Source: Patescibacteria group bacterium (lineage in GTDB: Bacteria; Patescibacteriota; Minisyncoccia; Phycocordibacterales; UBA1550). From it: a stretch of 64,000 bases of DNA. Shown here piece by piece: positions 30,396 to 40,934 of the stretch. Below the pieces are notes generated by a model. The model was not told the DNA's origin and ran no database searches. It saw nothing but the letters and a program-made list of their open reading frames with translations. The stretch lies in assembly GCA_038057125.1 (NCBI GenBank), contig JBBUDU010000002.1, positions 687 to 64,686 of the forward strand, given 5' to 3'. The position numbers and the translations under genes were made by a program. Position 1 is the first letter of the stretch, and every line of letters begins with the position of its first letter.

Positions 30396-31628
30396 ATGCC
30401 ACAAGAAGATTCTACAAATAAAATAGGGCGTGACAATAAACCTGGTATCTACTTTGGAGTACCGGACTCGCCAACCGTTTCAGTTGCAGGCAAAACCGCT
30501 GATACCACGCCAGAAAACAGAGTATCAACTGTGCGCACGGTGCGCACAATGGAGAAGGACATTGCCGAAGCAAGAGATCTCGAGAAAAGACTTTCTGATT
30601 TAAGAAAGAAAGAAAAAGGCGGAGGAGCAAATTTCTTAACCACGATGTGGTCAAAAATTTCCGGAAAGGCAGCGGCTGAATCGAAAACTGCCAACATCGC
30701 TGTGGAAAAAGAGCAGACTCGGGCAAAAGAATGGGCGGAAGTAAAACAAACACGGGCAAAAATTGCCTCGGATGCCGCGCTTATTGCGACACAAAAAGAA
30801 GAAACTCGAGTTGCAAAGGAAAAAGAGGCGGCACAAATTCAGGCAAAAGCCGAGATGGAAATGAAAGCTAAAGAAGAAGCGGGACGCGCTAAAAAAGCGA
30901 CAGAGGCCGCCCTACTCGCAACACAAAAAAAACGCGCTCTCGCCGAATCGGAAGCCGCAGTGAAAAAAGAGAAAATGCGTGCACAAGCTGTTGTAACATC
31001 TTCTCCGGAAGCCACCGCTGTGAGAAACAGAACAGTTGCAACGGTTTCCACAAAGGTGGCCGAGATTATGGCGACACGCGGCGAAGCACTAGCAAAGACG
31101 ACTATGGAAGCCGCCGAAATTATTGAAGAAAAAGAGCGTGTACGGACCACAATAGCAAAAATTGTTGGGGATGAAGAAAAAGCTCTCGGTGAAGTCACAA
31201 AACTTATTGAACAAGAAGAGAAAGAGAGGGCTCAAACCGCAAAAGTTGAAGCCTCTAAAAAAAGAGTTGAAGTAGAAATGGCTGCCGAAAAAGCAGAGGC
31301 AACACTTATAAAAGAACGCAAAGAAGCTGATGTTTCGGAAATTCTTGCAAAGAAAGAACGGGATGAGGCGGATGAGGCGGAAATTCTTGCAAAGAAAGAG
31401 CGAGTTCGCGCAGACGCGGCTCTTGAAATAGAAGCAAAGGAGATTTTTGAGGCGGAGAAACAAGTACAGATTGCAGTGGATGCGGCAACAAAAGAAGTTG
31501 CTTCACTGCAAAATCGAGCGCGATCCAAATCCGAAGTTATTGCATTGGCTCAAAAAATAGCCCGCGAAGCGGAAGCTGCGGAAGCTGACGAAATTGCCAC
31601 TATCGGAAAGAAGGCGCGCACCAACTAG
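30396..31628 (+). CDS. hypothetical K/E/A-rich coiled-coil repeat protein
   Basis: 410 aa, low-complexity helical repeats (ATQKEETRVAKEKEAA..., ILAKKER...). Confidence 0.45.
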   Translation: MPQEDSTNKIGRDNKPGIYFGVPDSPTVSVAGKTADTTPENRVSTVRTVRTMEKDIAEARDLEKRLSDLRKKEKGGGANFLTTMWSKISGKAAAESKTANIAVEKEQTRAKEWAEVKQTRAKIASDAALIATQKEETRVAKEKEAAQIQAKAEMEMKAKEEAGRAKKATEAALLATQKKRALAESEAAVKKEKMRAQAVVTSSPEATAVRNRTVATVSTKVAEIMATRGEALAKTTMEAAEIIEEKERVRTTIAKIVGDEEKALGEVTKLIEQEEKERAQTAKVEASKKRVEVEMAAEKAEATLIKERKEADVSEILAKKERDEADEAEILAKKERVRADAALEIEAKEIFEAEKQVQIAVDAATKEVASLQNRARSKSEVIALAQKIAREAEAAEADEIATIGKKARTN

Positions 31629-32062
31629 CGTCTCCAAAATCCATTGGTAAAATAGTTGTAATTAACCACACCTTCGTGTACCGCAAACACATACCAAAGC
31701 GATAAAATGAGCCCAATTATTGAAAGTACCAATCCGATACGAGCCCATTTTTTACGAGCCGAATTTAGTCCCATAATAGAAAGAACTATACCGAACACTG
31801 AATACAGAACACCAAAAAGCATAACTATCCATGAGATGACCGAAAGTGCGCCAAAAATCATCCCGGTAAGAGCAAATATGTTGCGGATATCACGAGGTTT
31901 CCCACCTTCTATTTTTTTTATAAGCTCAGGCGGAATAAATGAAAACTTTGGAAGAGACTTCGTTTCAGGCGAAGTCGAGCCTGACATCGGTTCTCCCTGT
32001 TTTTGAATTGGATTAAAAAATTCTCCTTCCATATACATACAGTGTAGCAATTTTATAAACAC
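31625..32062 (-). CDS. DUF4190-like small integral membrane protein
   Basis: Two-helix GxxxG-rich membrane hairpin (LSIMGLNSARKKWARIGLVLSIIGLILSL). True start probably internal. Confidence 0.45.
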   Translation of the reverse strand: MFIKLLHCMYMEGEFFNPIQKQGEPMSGSTSPETKSLPKFSFIPPELIKKIEGGKPRDIRNIFALTGMIFGALSVISWIVMLFGVLYSVFGIVLSIMGLNSARKKWARIGLVLSIIGLILSLWYVFAVHEGVVNYNYFTNGFWRR

Positions 32063-32176
32063 AATAGAACCCCGCCTGTTGATAACTCTTCGAGTAATCG
32101 GGTGTATAATGTAAGAAAGGTCGCAGTATTTTTAAGAAAAAACAAAATGAAAACAATCAAAGCAATATCAACTCTT

Positions 32177-32244
32177 ATATTAGATCCTCGGCTCGGAAAT
32201 GAAGAAGGTACTTTTCATTTCTCTCGCCCTACGTCGCTAATCAC
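32177..32244 (+). repeat. R1 repeat element copy (TTAG.TCCTCGGCTCGGAAAT..hairpin..TCTCGC.CTACGTCGCTAATCAC)
   Basis: Conserved 17-20 nt ends also at 40935-41044, 43226-43292, 47801-47868. Internal hairpin varies but stays palindromic. Confidence 0.55.
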
Positions 32245-32638
32245 ATATACTACCCTTGCTTTGGCTATTTTAGCACCCGCTCTCGCAAGCGCGGACGGTG
32301 GAACCGGAATGATGGGATACGGCGGAGGGATGGAAACATTTATGTTTACGAGCAGTATCGTATGGACAGTTGTCGGTATCCTTGCGGCAGTATGGCTCTG
32401 GCAGAATATAAGCAAGAAGTAAAGTAGGGGGACATGGGTAACAAAAAATAGGAACGCCAACAGCCGAAGGCTGTTGGCGTTCCTCGTGTGTACTCGCTGT
32501 TCCCCCTGTCCCAAATGTTCCCAACCGTACGCCCCGTTTGACTTTTATTTCAAAATAGCCTACAATCTCTCTAACTCCGCAATGTGTTTGCGGTGTTGTT
32601 AATTTACCTTACGGCCCTTAAAAAGGACCTCAAATCCA

Positions 32639-33157
32639 TTGAACCCAAAGACGAAAATCAACCACCAAATTCGCGCCAAAGAACTCCGTGTAATCACGGA
32701 CGCGGGCGAGATTCTCGGAGTCCTTTCTCTATCAGAAGCTCTTGCAAAAGCAGATGCCTTAGGATTTGATCTTATCGAGATCTCACCAAATGCTATTCCG
32801 CCGGTTGCAAAAATAATGGATTATGGTAAGTACAAGTACCAGCAGAGCAAAAAGCAAAAAGAAACAAAAGCTCGCACTCACGTTACGGAAACCAAGACAT
32901 TGCAAGTAAAGATTGGCACCTCGGAGCACGACCTAGAGCTAAAGGCAAAAAACGCCTCGAAATGGCTGAAGGAGGGACACCGTGTGAAGATTGACCTTTT
33001 CCTTGTTGGGCGATCAAAGTATGCAGATATTGGGTTCAAAAAAGAGAGACTCAACAGAATTTTGACCCTCATTTCCGAGGAATACAAGTTGCCCGGCGAG
33101 CCGCTCAAGGGCCCCAAAGGACTCTCAATCATCCTTGAACGCGCGTCAAAGAAATAA
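32639..33157 (+). CDS. infC: translation initiation factor IF-3
   Basis: ELRVI...GE.LGV......AL..A...GLDLVEI-like motifs, non-ATG (TTG) start typical of infC, followed by rpmI-rplT. Confidence 0.9.
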   Translation: MNPKTKINHQIRAKELRVITDAGEILGVLSLSEALAKADALGFDLIEISPNAIPPVAKIMDYGKYKYQQSKKQKETKARTHVTETKTLQVKIGTSEHDLELKAKNASKWLKEGHRVKIDLFLVGRSKYADIGFKKERLNRILTLISEEYKLPGEPLKGPKGLSIILERASKK

Positions 33158-33165
33158 AAATTATT

Positions 33166-33357
33166 ATGAAATCAAACAAATCATTTACAAAACGACTTAA
33201 AGTGACCAAGACCGGAAAAATTCTTGGGCGCAAGCCGGGTCAAAACCACTTCAATGCAAAAAGAAGCCGCTCGAAACAGCTCGCCGGCAAGCGCACAAGT
33301 GAGTTTCATATGACCAACAAGGAAAAAGCGCGATTTTTACCAGGACTTCTAAAATAA
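33166..33357 (+). CDS. rpmI: 50S ribosomal protein L35
   Basis: 63 aa basic protein in the infC-rpmI-rplT operon. Confidence 0.9.
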   Translation: MKSNKSFTKRLKVTKTGKILGRKPGQNHFNAKRSRSKQLAGKRTSEFHMTNKEKARFLPGLLK

Positions 33358-33363
33358 ACTGTC

Positions 33364-33708
33364 ATGACAAGAGTAAAACGAGGAACAACTTCAGCAAAAA
33401 CACGCCGTAATGTCCTAGCACAGGTCAAAGGCTATCGTTTTGGTCGCAGTAAAAAAGAAATTCAGGCAAATGACGCTATCGCTCACGCTGGAGCGCATGC
33501 GTTTGCGCACCGCCGCGATAAAAAGAATGACTTCCGTCGTCTTTGGACTGTAAAAATAAATGCAGCAATACGCCCACTAGGTTTTTCATACAGCAAATTC
33601 ATTGATGCGCTAAAGAAAAAGAACATTATTCTCGACCGCAAAATCATGGCAGACCTAGCAGAAAACAACCCCGAAACATTTGCAAATTTAGTAAATGAAG
33701 TGAAGTAG
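33364..33708 (+). CDS. rplT: 50S ribosomal protein L20
   Basis: MTRVKRGTTSAKTRRNVLAQVKGYRFGRS canonical L20 N-terminus. Confidence 0.95.
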   Translation: MTRVKRGTTSAKTRRNVLAQVKGYRFGRSKKEIQANDAIAHAGAHAFAHRRDKKNDFRRLWTVKINAAIRPLGFSYSKFIDALKKKNIILDRKIMADLAENNPETFANLVNEVK

Positions 33709-33733
33709 CCAAAAACAATTGACATGTGACCAA

Positions 33734-33770
33734 TACACAAGAGCGCGCCCGCAGGGCGCGCTCTTGTGTT
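33734..33770 (+). terminator. terminator after rplT
   Basis: acacaagagcgcgccc tgc gggcgcgctcttgtgt. A second hairpin at ~33845-33875 serves the convergent minus-strand gene. Confidence 0.6.
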
Positions 33771-33906
33771 AATGGAGTCCAACCTCAGAGCGAGGGTGTC
33801 TCTTGTGAGGGGGCTTGCGAGCGTGACGACGCGAGCACGAGGAACCCAGCCCTCGTCAACGAGGGCTGGGTATCCGTACCCCACACAAGACGACCCCGAG
33901 CGACCT

Positions 33907-34557
33907 CTACATAATCCTCTCCCCTTCTTTCCCACCCACCCCGTCAAAATTTTCATACACATACTGCGGACATTTCTCGCCAATATCGCAAGTCTTACTA
34001 TTCTTAATAGTATTCATAAGTTTTGCAACAAGCTCTTTAGGGCTCTCATCAAAAATAACTTCACCTTCTTCTTTGCGGTGACTTCTTTCGAGCATGTCGA
34101 TAAGCACTTCGTCCATATCCCAATCACCACGAAGAACACCGATAGGCTTATGGTCTTCAAAAGCAATGGTGAACTCGTTTACCGTACCAATACGACCGCA
34201 CCCTACGATGACGCCGTCTGAAGCGCGCGTAAGCAACAGGTTTCGTCCGGAATACCCAAAGCCTGTATAAACAATAATGTCTAGATAATCCAACGGCAAG
34301 CCGTATGTTTCGACGTGTTCTTTTTCGCTTGATGCGGGCGATAGTCCTATTGAAACACCGCCAGCCTCTTTCGCTCCCATCGCCGCCCAAAGAGGAAAAC
34401 CTGTGGTAGCGCCAGTCACCAAAATTCCACCCTGACGAACAATCTCTCGCCCAAGATCTTTTGCTTTGTCTATTGCGCCTTCACCGCAAAAGGTAGTATC
34501 TGCGGCACCTGACACACAGATTTTTAATTTAAAATGTTGGTGTTTTTCGTTTCCCAT
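33907..34557 (-). CDS. LOG/TIGR00725-like Rossmann-fold nucleotide-binding protein
   Basis: GxGxxG-like ICVSGAAD...GILVTGATTGFPLWAAMGA pattern and PGGxGTxxE-like region, 216 aa. Confidence 0.5.
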   Translation of the reverse strand: MGNEKHQHFKLKICVSGAADTTFCGEGAIDKAKDLGREIVRQGGILVTGATTGFPLWAAMGAKEAGGVSIGLSPASSEKEHVETYGLPLDYLDIIVYTGFGYSGRNLLLTRASDGVIVGCGRIGTVNEFTIAFEDHKPIGVLRGDWDMDEVLIDMLERSHRKEEGEVIFDESPKELVAKLMNTIKNSKTCDIGEKCPQYVYENFDGVGGKEGERIM

Positions 34558-34616
34558 ACGGTATTTTATTTATAATATATTTATAGATTAACATAACTAT
34601 TATACGCTCTTTGTTC

Positions 34617-35972
34617 TCAAAAGTCGATCTCAATAACATCTCCTGATTTTGGAACACTCGTATCAATGCCAAGATAGTCTCGCACTCTCTGTGCAAAGAA
34701 AAGCCCTGCACCAAGCTCAGCATGGACAACAAAAATTTTCTTGAGAGATTCTCGCATTTCAGTCACAAATTCAAGAAGCGCGTTCATGTCTTTGTGCGCT
34801 GAGTACCCTTGTATCATAACAACTTTTGCTCGCACCGGAACATTCTCGTCAAAAATTCTCACGCTTTTAATTCCTTCTTGAAGCGCGCGTCCCATAGTGC
34901 CCACAGCTTGATACCCAACAAGAAGGAGCGTGCTTTTGGGGTCTGGAAGATAATTGAGCTCGTGGTGCATAATGCGCCCGCCATTTGACATGCCAGATCC
35001 CGCAATAATGATTTTAGGATTTGGAACATCTTTTATTGCAATAGAATCCTGAGACCGTTCTGTAAAACGAAGTTTCGGAAACTTAAAGATATCGTCGCCC
35101 TTGGTTATTGTATCTTGGATTTCCTTATTAAAGTACGCTTTGCTATTGCTAAATACTTTTGTGACTTTTATTGCCAGTGGCGAGTCCACGAAAACGGGGA
35201 TCTCGGGAATCTTTTTCCATTCCACCATTTCGTTTAATTCTAAAAGTAAATCCTGTGTGCGTTCGATTGAAAATGCGGGAATCATCAAGGCGCCCCCGCG
35301 AACGACAGTTTCCTCTATTACTTCCTTGAGGCGGTTTGAGCGCTCAAGGAGATTCTCATGAACACGGTCTCCGTATACTGCTTCCATCACAAGAAAATCC
35401 ACGTTCGAAAGGAGCGCAGTGTCCGGCATGAGTGGTGATGGCGAATTTCCGAGGTCGCCGGAAAATACGAGCTTCTTTCCATTGTGAGATATTTCAACCA
35501 TCGCTGACCCTAGGATATGTCCCGCATCACGAAACCGCACGCGCATGTCGTCTTTAAAAATAATATCCTTGTCGTACGGTATTGCCTCCCAGTTGGCAAA
35601 CGCTTTTTCTACCGCGTCTTCGCGATAAAGTGGCTCGTGGCCGTCTGCTTTTGCCTCTCGCGCAATAATACGCAATGTGTCTTCGAGCATAAGCTTCGCT
35701 ATTTCTCGTGTCGGCGGCGTGGAGTAAACTTTTCCATTAAATCCTTCATTAAAAAGCTTCGGGATGCGTCCAACATGGTCAAGGTGCGCATGGGTCACAA
35801 AAACCGCATCAACGGTGGCGGGGTTGTATGGGAATGGTTTGTTATTTTTGTCGTCACACACTTTCACTCCCTGAAAAAACCCGCAGTCAACCATAATGGT
35901 TACTCCATCTCCTTCGAGAATATGATTCGAACCTGTCACCTCCCCCGCCGCGCCGTAAAATTTGAGTTTCAT
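34617..35972 (-). CDS. beta-CASP family metallo-beta-lactamase ribonuclease (RNase J / CPSF-like)
   Basis: HxHxDH motif (HAHLDHVGRIP), beta-CASP insert, 451 aa. Confidence 0.8.
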   Translation of the reverse strand: MKLKFYGAAGEVTGSNHILEGDGVTIMVDCGFFQGVKVCDDKNNKPFPYNPATVDAVFVTHAHLDHVGRIPKLFNEGFNGKVYSTPPTREIAKLMLEDTLRIIAREAKADGHEPLYREDAVEKAFANWEAIPYDKDIIFKDDMRVRFRDAGHILGSAMVEISHNGKKLVFSGDLGNSPSPLMPDTALLSNVDFLVMEAVYGDRVHENLLERSNRLKEVIEETVVRGGALMIPAFSIERTQDLLLELNEMVEWKKIPEIPVFVDSPLAIKVTKVFSNSKAYFNKEIQDTITKGDDIFKFPKLRFTERSQDSIAIKDVPNPKIIIAGSGMSNGGRIMHHELNYLPDPKSTLLLVGYQAVGTMGRALQEGIKSVRIFDENVPVRAKVVMIQGYSAHKDMNALLEFVTEMRESLKKIFVVHAELGAGLFFAQRVRDYLGIDTSVPKSGDVIEIDF

Positions 35973-36084
35973 CCCAGTAGAGTTTTTGTTAAGATTCCTT
36001 CCTTAATAAATATAACTAATTCTACCACTTTTTCTAAACTTTTCGCAGGCAAACTAGAGAAAACTCTAACGGGACAAGTCATAA

Positions 36085-36486
36085 TTATTTATGTTTAAAT
36101 CGCCACCACGTAAAAACTGCTACTATTGTACCCCCCAGTATATCAAATAAAATATCGCTTAGCGTGTCCGACATTGCATTGATATGCTCAACCGTTAAAA
36201 AACTGACTACCGCTTCATAAGCTTCCCAAAGTAGCCCGACGCCAAACGCAAAAATAAAGCACACACCAAGGAGCGAAATGAAATCTTTGGGAGCGACACC
36301 AAGGCGGGAATACTGCCACCAAACACCGAAAGCGGCAAGCCATGCACCTCCCGCAAAATGCATCGGCATATCAAACCATCGCATTGTCCAATACCAGTAA
36401 TTCGCGTAAGCAAGTCCATTCACGATGGCAATAAAAACGAGAAACGCCACTAACGTTACTGGGATATGAAATTGTCGCGAATTCAT
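36085..36486 (-). CDS. small multipass membrane protein (VanZ-like?)
   Basis: Four hydrophobic helices. Start re-set to the internal ATG (MNSRQF...), because the track start is GTG. Confidence 0.3.
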   Translation of the reverse strand: MNSRQFHIPVTLVAFLVFIAIVNGLAYANYWYWTMRWFDMPMHFAGGAWLAAFGVWWQYSRLGVAPKDFISLLGVCFIFAFGVGLLWEAYEAVVSFLTVEHINAMSDTLSDILFDILGGTIVAVFTWWRFKHK

Positions 36487-36535
36487 CTGATAAGTATACC
36501 GTGGCTTACGAACGTAAACAAACAACGAAGTCACT

Positions 36536-36567
36536 CAGCAATAGTGCACGATAGCGCACTATTGCTG
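36536..36567. repeat. R3 palindromic element CAGCAATAGTGCACGATAGCGCACTATTGCTG
   Basis: 12 bp stem, 8 nt loop. Identical core at 37241-37272 and covarying variant at 49861-49892. Confidence 0.6.
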
Positions 36568-36581
36568 TAAGAAAGAAAAAG

Positions 36582-37190
36582 ATGTATGCTGTATGTGCAA
36601 ATATGTCGAACATTACAATCAAAAAGGGATCTCATAAGGGGTCTCGCAGAAGTGCGATACAGAAAAAGATACTTCTACTCTTGTACGGAGGCATTGCTCT
36701 TGGACTTACGCGCAACCCAAAGCAATATTTTAATATCGTAAGTGAAATTCATAAAGAGTGGCAAAGTATTAATCGCAACTCTCTCAACCGTGCAATTCAC
36801 TCTCTTTATAAATCAAAACTTGTTTCAACAAAAGACAACCGCGATGGAACACTAACGCTCGTATTATCAAAAGATGGACAGATTCTTGCCATTACTTATG
36901 ATATCGAAAATATGGAAATTAAAAGTCCCACACAATGGGATAGAAAGTGGCGTATCGTAATGTTTGATGTCCCTGAGAAATTCAAAAAAATTCGCGATAC
37001 TCTCCGTATGCATTTCAAAAATATGGGTTTCTATGAATTCCAGAAGTCAGTTTTTGTGCACCCTTATCCTTGCGGAAAGGAAATCGAATATATTATGGAA
37101 TTTTACCAAGCGCAAAAATATGTACGCTTTATTGTTGCAGCTGAAATTGATAACGCACTAGAGCTCAAGCGTCATTTTCATCTTACTTAA
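36582..37190 (+). CDS. PaaX-family transcriptional regulator-like protein
   Basis: N-terminal wHTH-like segment. C-terminal WRIVMFDVPEKFKKIRDTLRMHFKNMGFYEFQKSVFVHPYP matches the PaaX C-domain / Cas2-like fold pattern. Confidence 0.55.
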   Translation: MYAVCANMSNITIKKGSHKGSRRSAIQKKILLLLYGGIALGLTRNPKQYFNIVSEIHKEWQSINRNSLNRAIHSLYKSKLVSTKDNRDGTLTLVLSKDGQILAITYDIENMEIKSPTQWDRKWRIVMFDVPEKFKKIRDTLRMHFKNMGFYEFQKSVFVHPYPCGKEIEYIMEFYQAQKYVRFIVAAEIDNALELKRHFHLT

Positions 37191-37224
37191 ACAAGGGTAC
37201 TAAATACTGATACAAATCATAATC

Positions 37225-37288
37225 ACCCACCTCTCCCCCTCAGCAATAGTGCACGATAGCGCACTATTGCTGAGGGGGAGAGGTGGTG
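37225..37288. terminator. extended R3 hairpin (28 bp stem) downstream of PaaX-like gene
   Basis: cacccacctctccccctcagcaatagtgc acgatagc gcactattgctgagggggagaggtggtg. Confidence 0.55.
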
Positions 37289-37592
37289 TATACACGCGAA
37301 GTGTGTTTCCAAAAATTCTAAATTGAAAAAGCTCATACCAGAGGGTATGAGCTTTTACTTAGGGTTACTGAAGGCATTGACCCTAGATAAATCTAGGTGG
37401 GTGCTCGCAATCACATGCCAAGGCGTGTGAAAATATAGAGCTCCCTTGTCAATAACTTAGGAGACAATACCTCGAATAACCCTACTTAAACTATACGCCC
37501 ATCAAAATTTTTTGCAATGATAAAAATTCATTACGAAACAAAAACCTTGCGTAAAGCAAGGTTTTTGGAAAAAAATTCAAGAACAACTGGTG

Positions 37593-38069
37593 CTAGAATG
37601 ACTCGTCTGCGTATATATAATCAAAGTTTGATTTCTTGTAATCAAAAATTTCGTCGAATTTAAAAAAACGCGCGACTTCTGTCTTGCCAGACTCAACAGA
37701 ATCTGACGAGTGCACAACGTTTGACTGAATAGAAAGTGAGAGGTCACCACGAATGCTCCCTGCATCTGCATCAAATCCCTTTGTAGGGCCGACAAGGATA
37801 CGCGTTGCAGAAACCGCATTAATTCCGGAAAGCACCATCACCACGACCGGAGACGCTTTCATAAACGCCTTAATACCTGCAAAAAATGGTTTGTCGGCGA
37901 TGTGAGAATAGTGCGCCTCAAGAAGCGCGTCCTCAAGTGTAATCATCTTCATTCCAACAATCTTGAGACCTTTGCGTTCAAAACGAGAGGTAATCTCGCC
38001 CAAAAGCCCGCGCTGGATTGCGTCCGGTTTTACGATAATAAGTGCCTGCTCTTCTTTTGGATGTGTCAT
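37593..38069 (-). CDS. ndk: nucleoside diphosphate kinase
   Basis: ALIIVKPDAIQRGL...NVVHSSDSVESGKTEVARFF, with active-site His. Confidence 0.9.
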   Translation of the reverse strand: MTHPKEEQALIIVKPDAIQRGLLGEITSRFERKGLKIVGMKMITLEDALLEAHYSHIADKPFFAGIKAFMKASPVVVMVLSGINAVSATRILVGPTKGFDADAGSIRGDLSLSIQSNVVHSSDSVESGKTEVARFFKFDEIFDYKKSNFDYIYADESF

Positions 38070-38135
38070 ATGTTCAAAAGTTATTTATTAAGATTTGGAT
38101 ATACTAGCAAAAATCTCCTTCACAGGCAAACATTC

Positions 38136-40895
38136 CTACTTACCACCACTAAACCGTCCCATAATCTCTGCCTCCACCTCCTCGCGCGGGGCACCGTATT
38201 TCAAATACGAAAGTTGTTTCAGCTTTTCCGCAAGTGCGGGGTCACCGTGTTCGGGCGGAAGCGTAGTGATATTGAAAGGTTTTGTCGGCTGTCCGTTTAC
38301 GAGCATACTCATGTACGCATTATAATTGTCGAGGCGCGTAATGTCCTGCGCGCTAAATGTAGGCTTAAATTTACTTTCCAAAAATTCCGCATCTTCGGGT
38401 CCCACGCGAAACGCCGCCAAGGATCCGACATTGCCAAAGACCGCGTTTTTAATTTCATCGGAAAGTTGTGCGATGTATTGATGCGCGATGTTCAAACTCA
38501 GGCGATACTTACGCGCCTCGGAGAGGATTGTTGCGATAGACGGCGTAGTCACATTTTGGAATTCATCAATATACAAATAAAAATCATTGGGCTTTTTGCC
38601 GGAGCCAAACATATCAACACGCGAGAGCGCCGCCATGGTGATTTTTCCCACGAGCACAAGTCCAATCAAATTTGCATTGATGTCGCCCAAGCGTCCTTTT
38701 GAAAGATTTACGAGGAGAATTTTCTTCTCGTCCATAATCTTTCTAAAATTAAAAACGGATTTCTGTTGGAGCACGACCGGACGCATGATTTCGTTTGAAA
38801 TAAACGGGTCGAACTTGCTTGAAATATACGGCACGAAGTTTGCGAGTCCTTGGTCGCCTGTCGTCTTTTCCGCGCTGGTCCAAAACTGCGTAATGATGGG
38901 GTTTTTACATTTTGCGAGTTTCATATCACGAAACGCTTTGTCAGAAAGCACGCGGGTGATTTCAAGAAGCGTACTACCCGATGCGGTATCCTCCATCACG
39001 AGCGCGGCCGCATTTCGGAAATACAGCTCAAACATCGCACCGCCGCCGACCTTCATGTCAAAGAGCTGATTAAAGATGTTCATCATTTCGTTCACGACGA
39101 ATGTTTTTTGCTCGGGAAAACGCTCATCATATTCAAGCATATTGAGACCCATAGGGCGAGCAGTGTACGAAGGGTCGAAATAAATAACATCGTCCACGCG
39201 CTCCGGCGGAATGAGCGAGAGAATATCCTGCACATCTGAGCCGTGCGGGTCAATGAAACACACCCCGTCACCATTGCGAATATCCTGAATAATCATATTC
39301 TTCAAAATATTAGTCTTGCCGGTGCCTGTCTGGCCGATGACATACATATGGCGCACGCGATCCTCGCGCCCCATGCGCACCATTGTCTCCTTGTTGTGAT
39401 AAATATTATTGCCGAGAATAATCCCCTCTTTCGGCGCGTCCATTGGAGCGGGAGCCACGCCCGCCTTTGCCTCTTTGAGCTCGGGCGAAGAAACTGCGGT
39501 AACGGGAAAGTGAAACATTGTCGCAAGCTCTTTCAAGTTGAGCGGAAAACTTTCTTTTTCACTAAACATACGAAATGAATAACGATGGACTGCCTCCATA
39601 AGCGCGTTCCCATTTGTCTCGCGCTTCCATTTGATTTCATTCGCCTGCGGTTTTCCAAATTGATTAAACGCACTTTCGAGTTCATTGAGAATAGCTTCCG
39701 CGCGCACCGATGTTTCGGCCGAGGCAATAATGCGGATGTTTGTATCAACAATCGGTGATGCTATTTTTTCTTCAATATTTTTTGCTGCTTCTTCGTCAAT
39801 GTTTTCGTCCTTCTTTCCGTTTATTCCAAAAATCATACCCTTCGCGACTTTCGCAAACTCGCTCGCGATTTTTGAGCCAGCTCCTTTAAACGCATCTTTT
39901 GGCTTAACTCCTTTTTTAACTTCGTCTAATACGCCTTTGTAATATGAATTAAAATATTTTCCCGCCGGGCGAATGATAAATTGCACCGCTACTCCCTCGC
40001 CGTTTCTATTTATTTTTGAAAATGCCGATAGGAGCACAGAGAGAGGGTCCTGCGTAAATGTTTCAAAAGTGCGAAGCGGATACGCCGCGATTCCGCCGGC
40101 TTCCGCTCTTGAAGCAATGCTCACCCCACTCTCATTAAACGGGTTGTAGTCCTCGCGATGTTCGCGAATTTTTGCATCCGGATATGCTGAAAGAACTTGT
40201 TTCTCAAAAAGATTTGCGTGCTCAAGCGGTATCGCCGAGTAAAAAACAATATGCTCGCTAAAATTTGAAAGAGCGAGCTCAAGAGTAAAATAGTTTTTAA
40301 TATCCCCAAAACCCGCTCTTGTGTTTTCGATTGAAAGCATTCCGGCATAAAAATGCTCCATACTCGAAACAAGTTGGGCAAAATCACGCTTCTCTCCTGA
40401 CGCGTCAATTGGTGGAAGCGTGATTTCATAAAGACGCATTGAAAGTGCGCGTGCGACCTCCTTATCTTTCGCAATTCCCGCAAAGTCTCCTGTCTCAAGG
40501 AGAAGCTGTACAAGCATTCGATGAAAATCATCCTCGAGATGCGGATTGTTCAGTTTTTCAAGGATAGACAATGCGTTCTTGATACCCCTTTTTTCTGCCA
40601 CACGCACAAGCTCTTCAATAGCCTCCTTGTGTTCAACACCAAGCTTCACAACATTAGTCTCAATATCAGCGACTTTCATCTGATAACTTTTGTCGAGGAC
40701 TACCTCTATTGGAGCACTGCGATACTCGGCTACCTTCGCGCGGGCAACCTCCTCGCGCGCTTCCAAGGTACGCTCTGGCGAGCCGGGAGCGATACCTAGC
40801 GCTCGTTCCTTGTCCGCAATCTGCGCGCGCAAATAGATAATCTCCTCATTCGGTGACCGAAACTGCTTTCCTAGACTTCCGTATTCGGGGTTCAT
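38136..40895 (-). CDS. large FtsK/HerA/VirB4-superfamily P-loop ATPase with uncharacterized ~450 aa N-terminal region
   Basis: Walker A VIGQTGTGKT, then FIDPHGS (HerA/VirB4-like DPxG motif), Walker B LYIDEFQN, AHQYIAQL, 919 aa. Confidence 0.55.
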   Translation of the reverse strand: MNPEYGSLGKQFRSPNEEIIYLRAQIADKERALGIAPGSPERTLEAREEVARAKVAEYRSAPIEVVLDKSYQMKVADIETNVVKLGVEHKEAIEELVRVAEKRGIKNALSILEKLNNPHLEDDFHRMLVQLLLETGDFAGIAKDKEVARALSMRLYEITLPPIDASGEKRDFAQLVSSMEHFYAGMLSIENTRAGFGDIKNYFTLELALSNFSEHIVFYSAIPLEHANLFEKQVLSAYPDAKIREHREDYNPFNESGVSIASRAEAGGIAAYPLRTFETFTQDPLSVLLSAFSKINRNGEGVAVQFIIRPAGKYFNSYYKGVLDEVKKGVKPKDAFKGAGSKIASEFAKVAKGMIFGINGKKDENIDEEAAKNIEEKIASPIVDTNIRIIASAETSVRAEAILNELESAFNQFGKPQANEIKWKRETNGNALMEAVHRYSFRMFSEKESFPLNLKELATMFHFPVTAVSSPELKEAKAGVAPAPMDAPKEGIILGNNIYHNKETMVRMGREDRVRHMYVIGQTGTGKTNILKNMIIQDIRNGDGVCFIDPHGSDVQDILSLIPPERVDDVIYFDPSYTARPMGLNMLEYDERFPEQKTFVVNEMMNIFNQLFDMKVGGGAMFELYFRNAAALVMEDTASGSTLLEITRVLSDKAFRDMKLAKCKNPIITQFWTSAEKTTGDQGLANFVPYISSKFDPFISNEIMRPVVLQQKSVFNFRKIMDEKKILLVNLSKGRLGDINANLIGLVLVGKITMAALSRVDMFGSGKKPNDFYLYIDEFQNVTTPSIATILSEARKYRLSLNIAHQYIAQLSDEIKNAVFGNVGSLAAFRVGPEDAEFLESKFKPTFSAQDITRLDNYNAYMSMLVNGQPTKPFNITTLPPEHGDPALAEKLKQLSYLKYGAPREEVEAEIMGRFSGGK

Positions 40896-40934
40896 ATTGC
40901 TCCAATTGTAACATATATATGCCCATGCTGGTCT

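Noticed and set aside
32102-32422. 106 aa ORF reading through the R1 repeat
   Set aside because: R1 is open in one frame in all four copies by composition. Only this copy has an in-frame upstream ATG. A short downstream membrane peptide may be real but the R1-spanning part is probably non-coding
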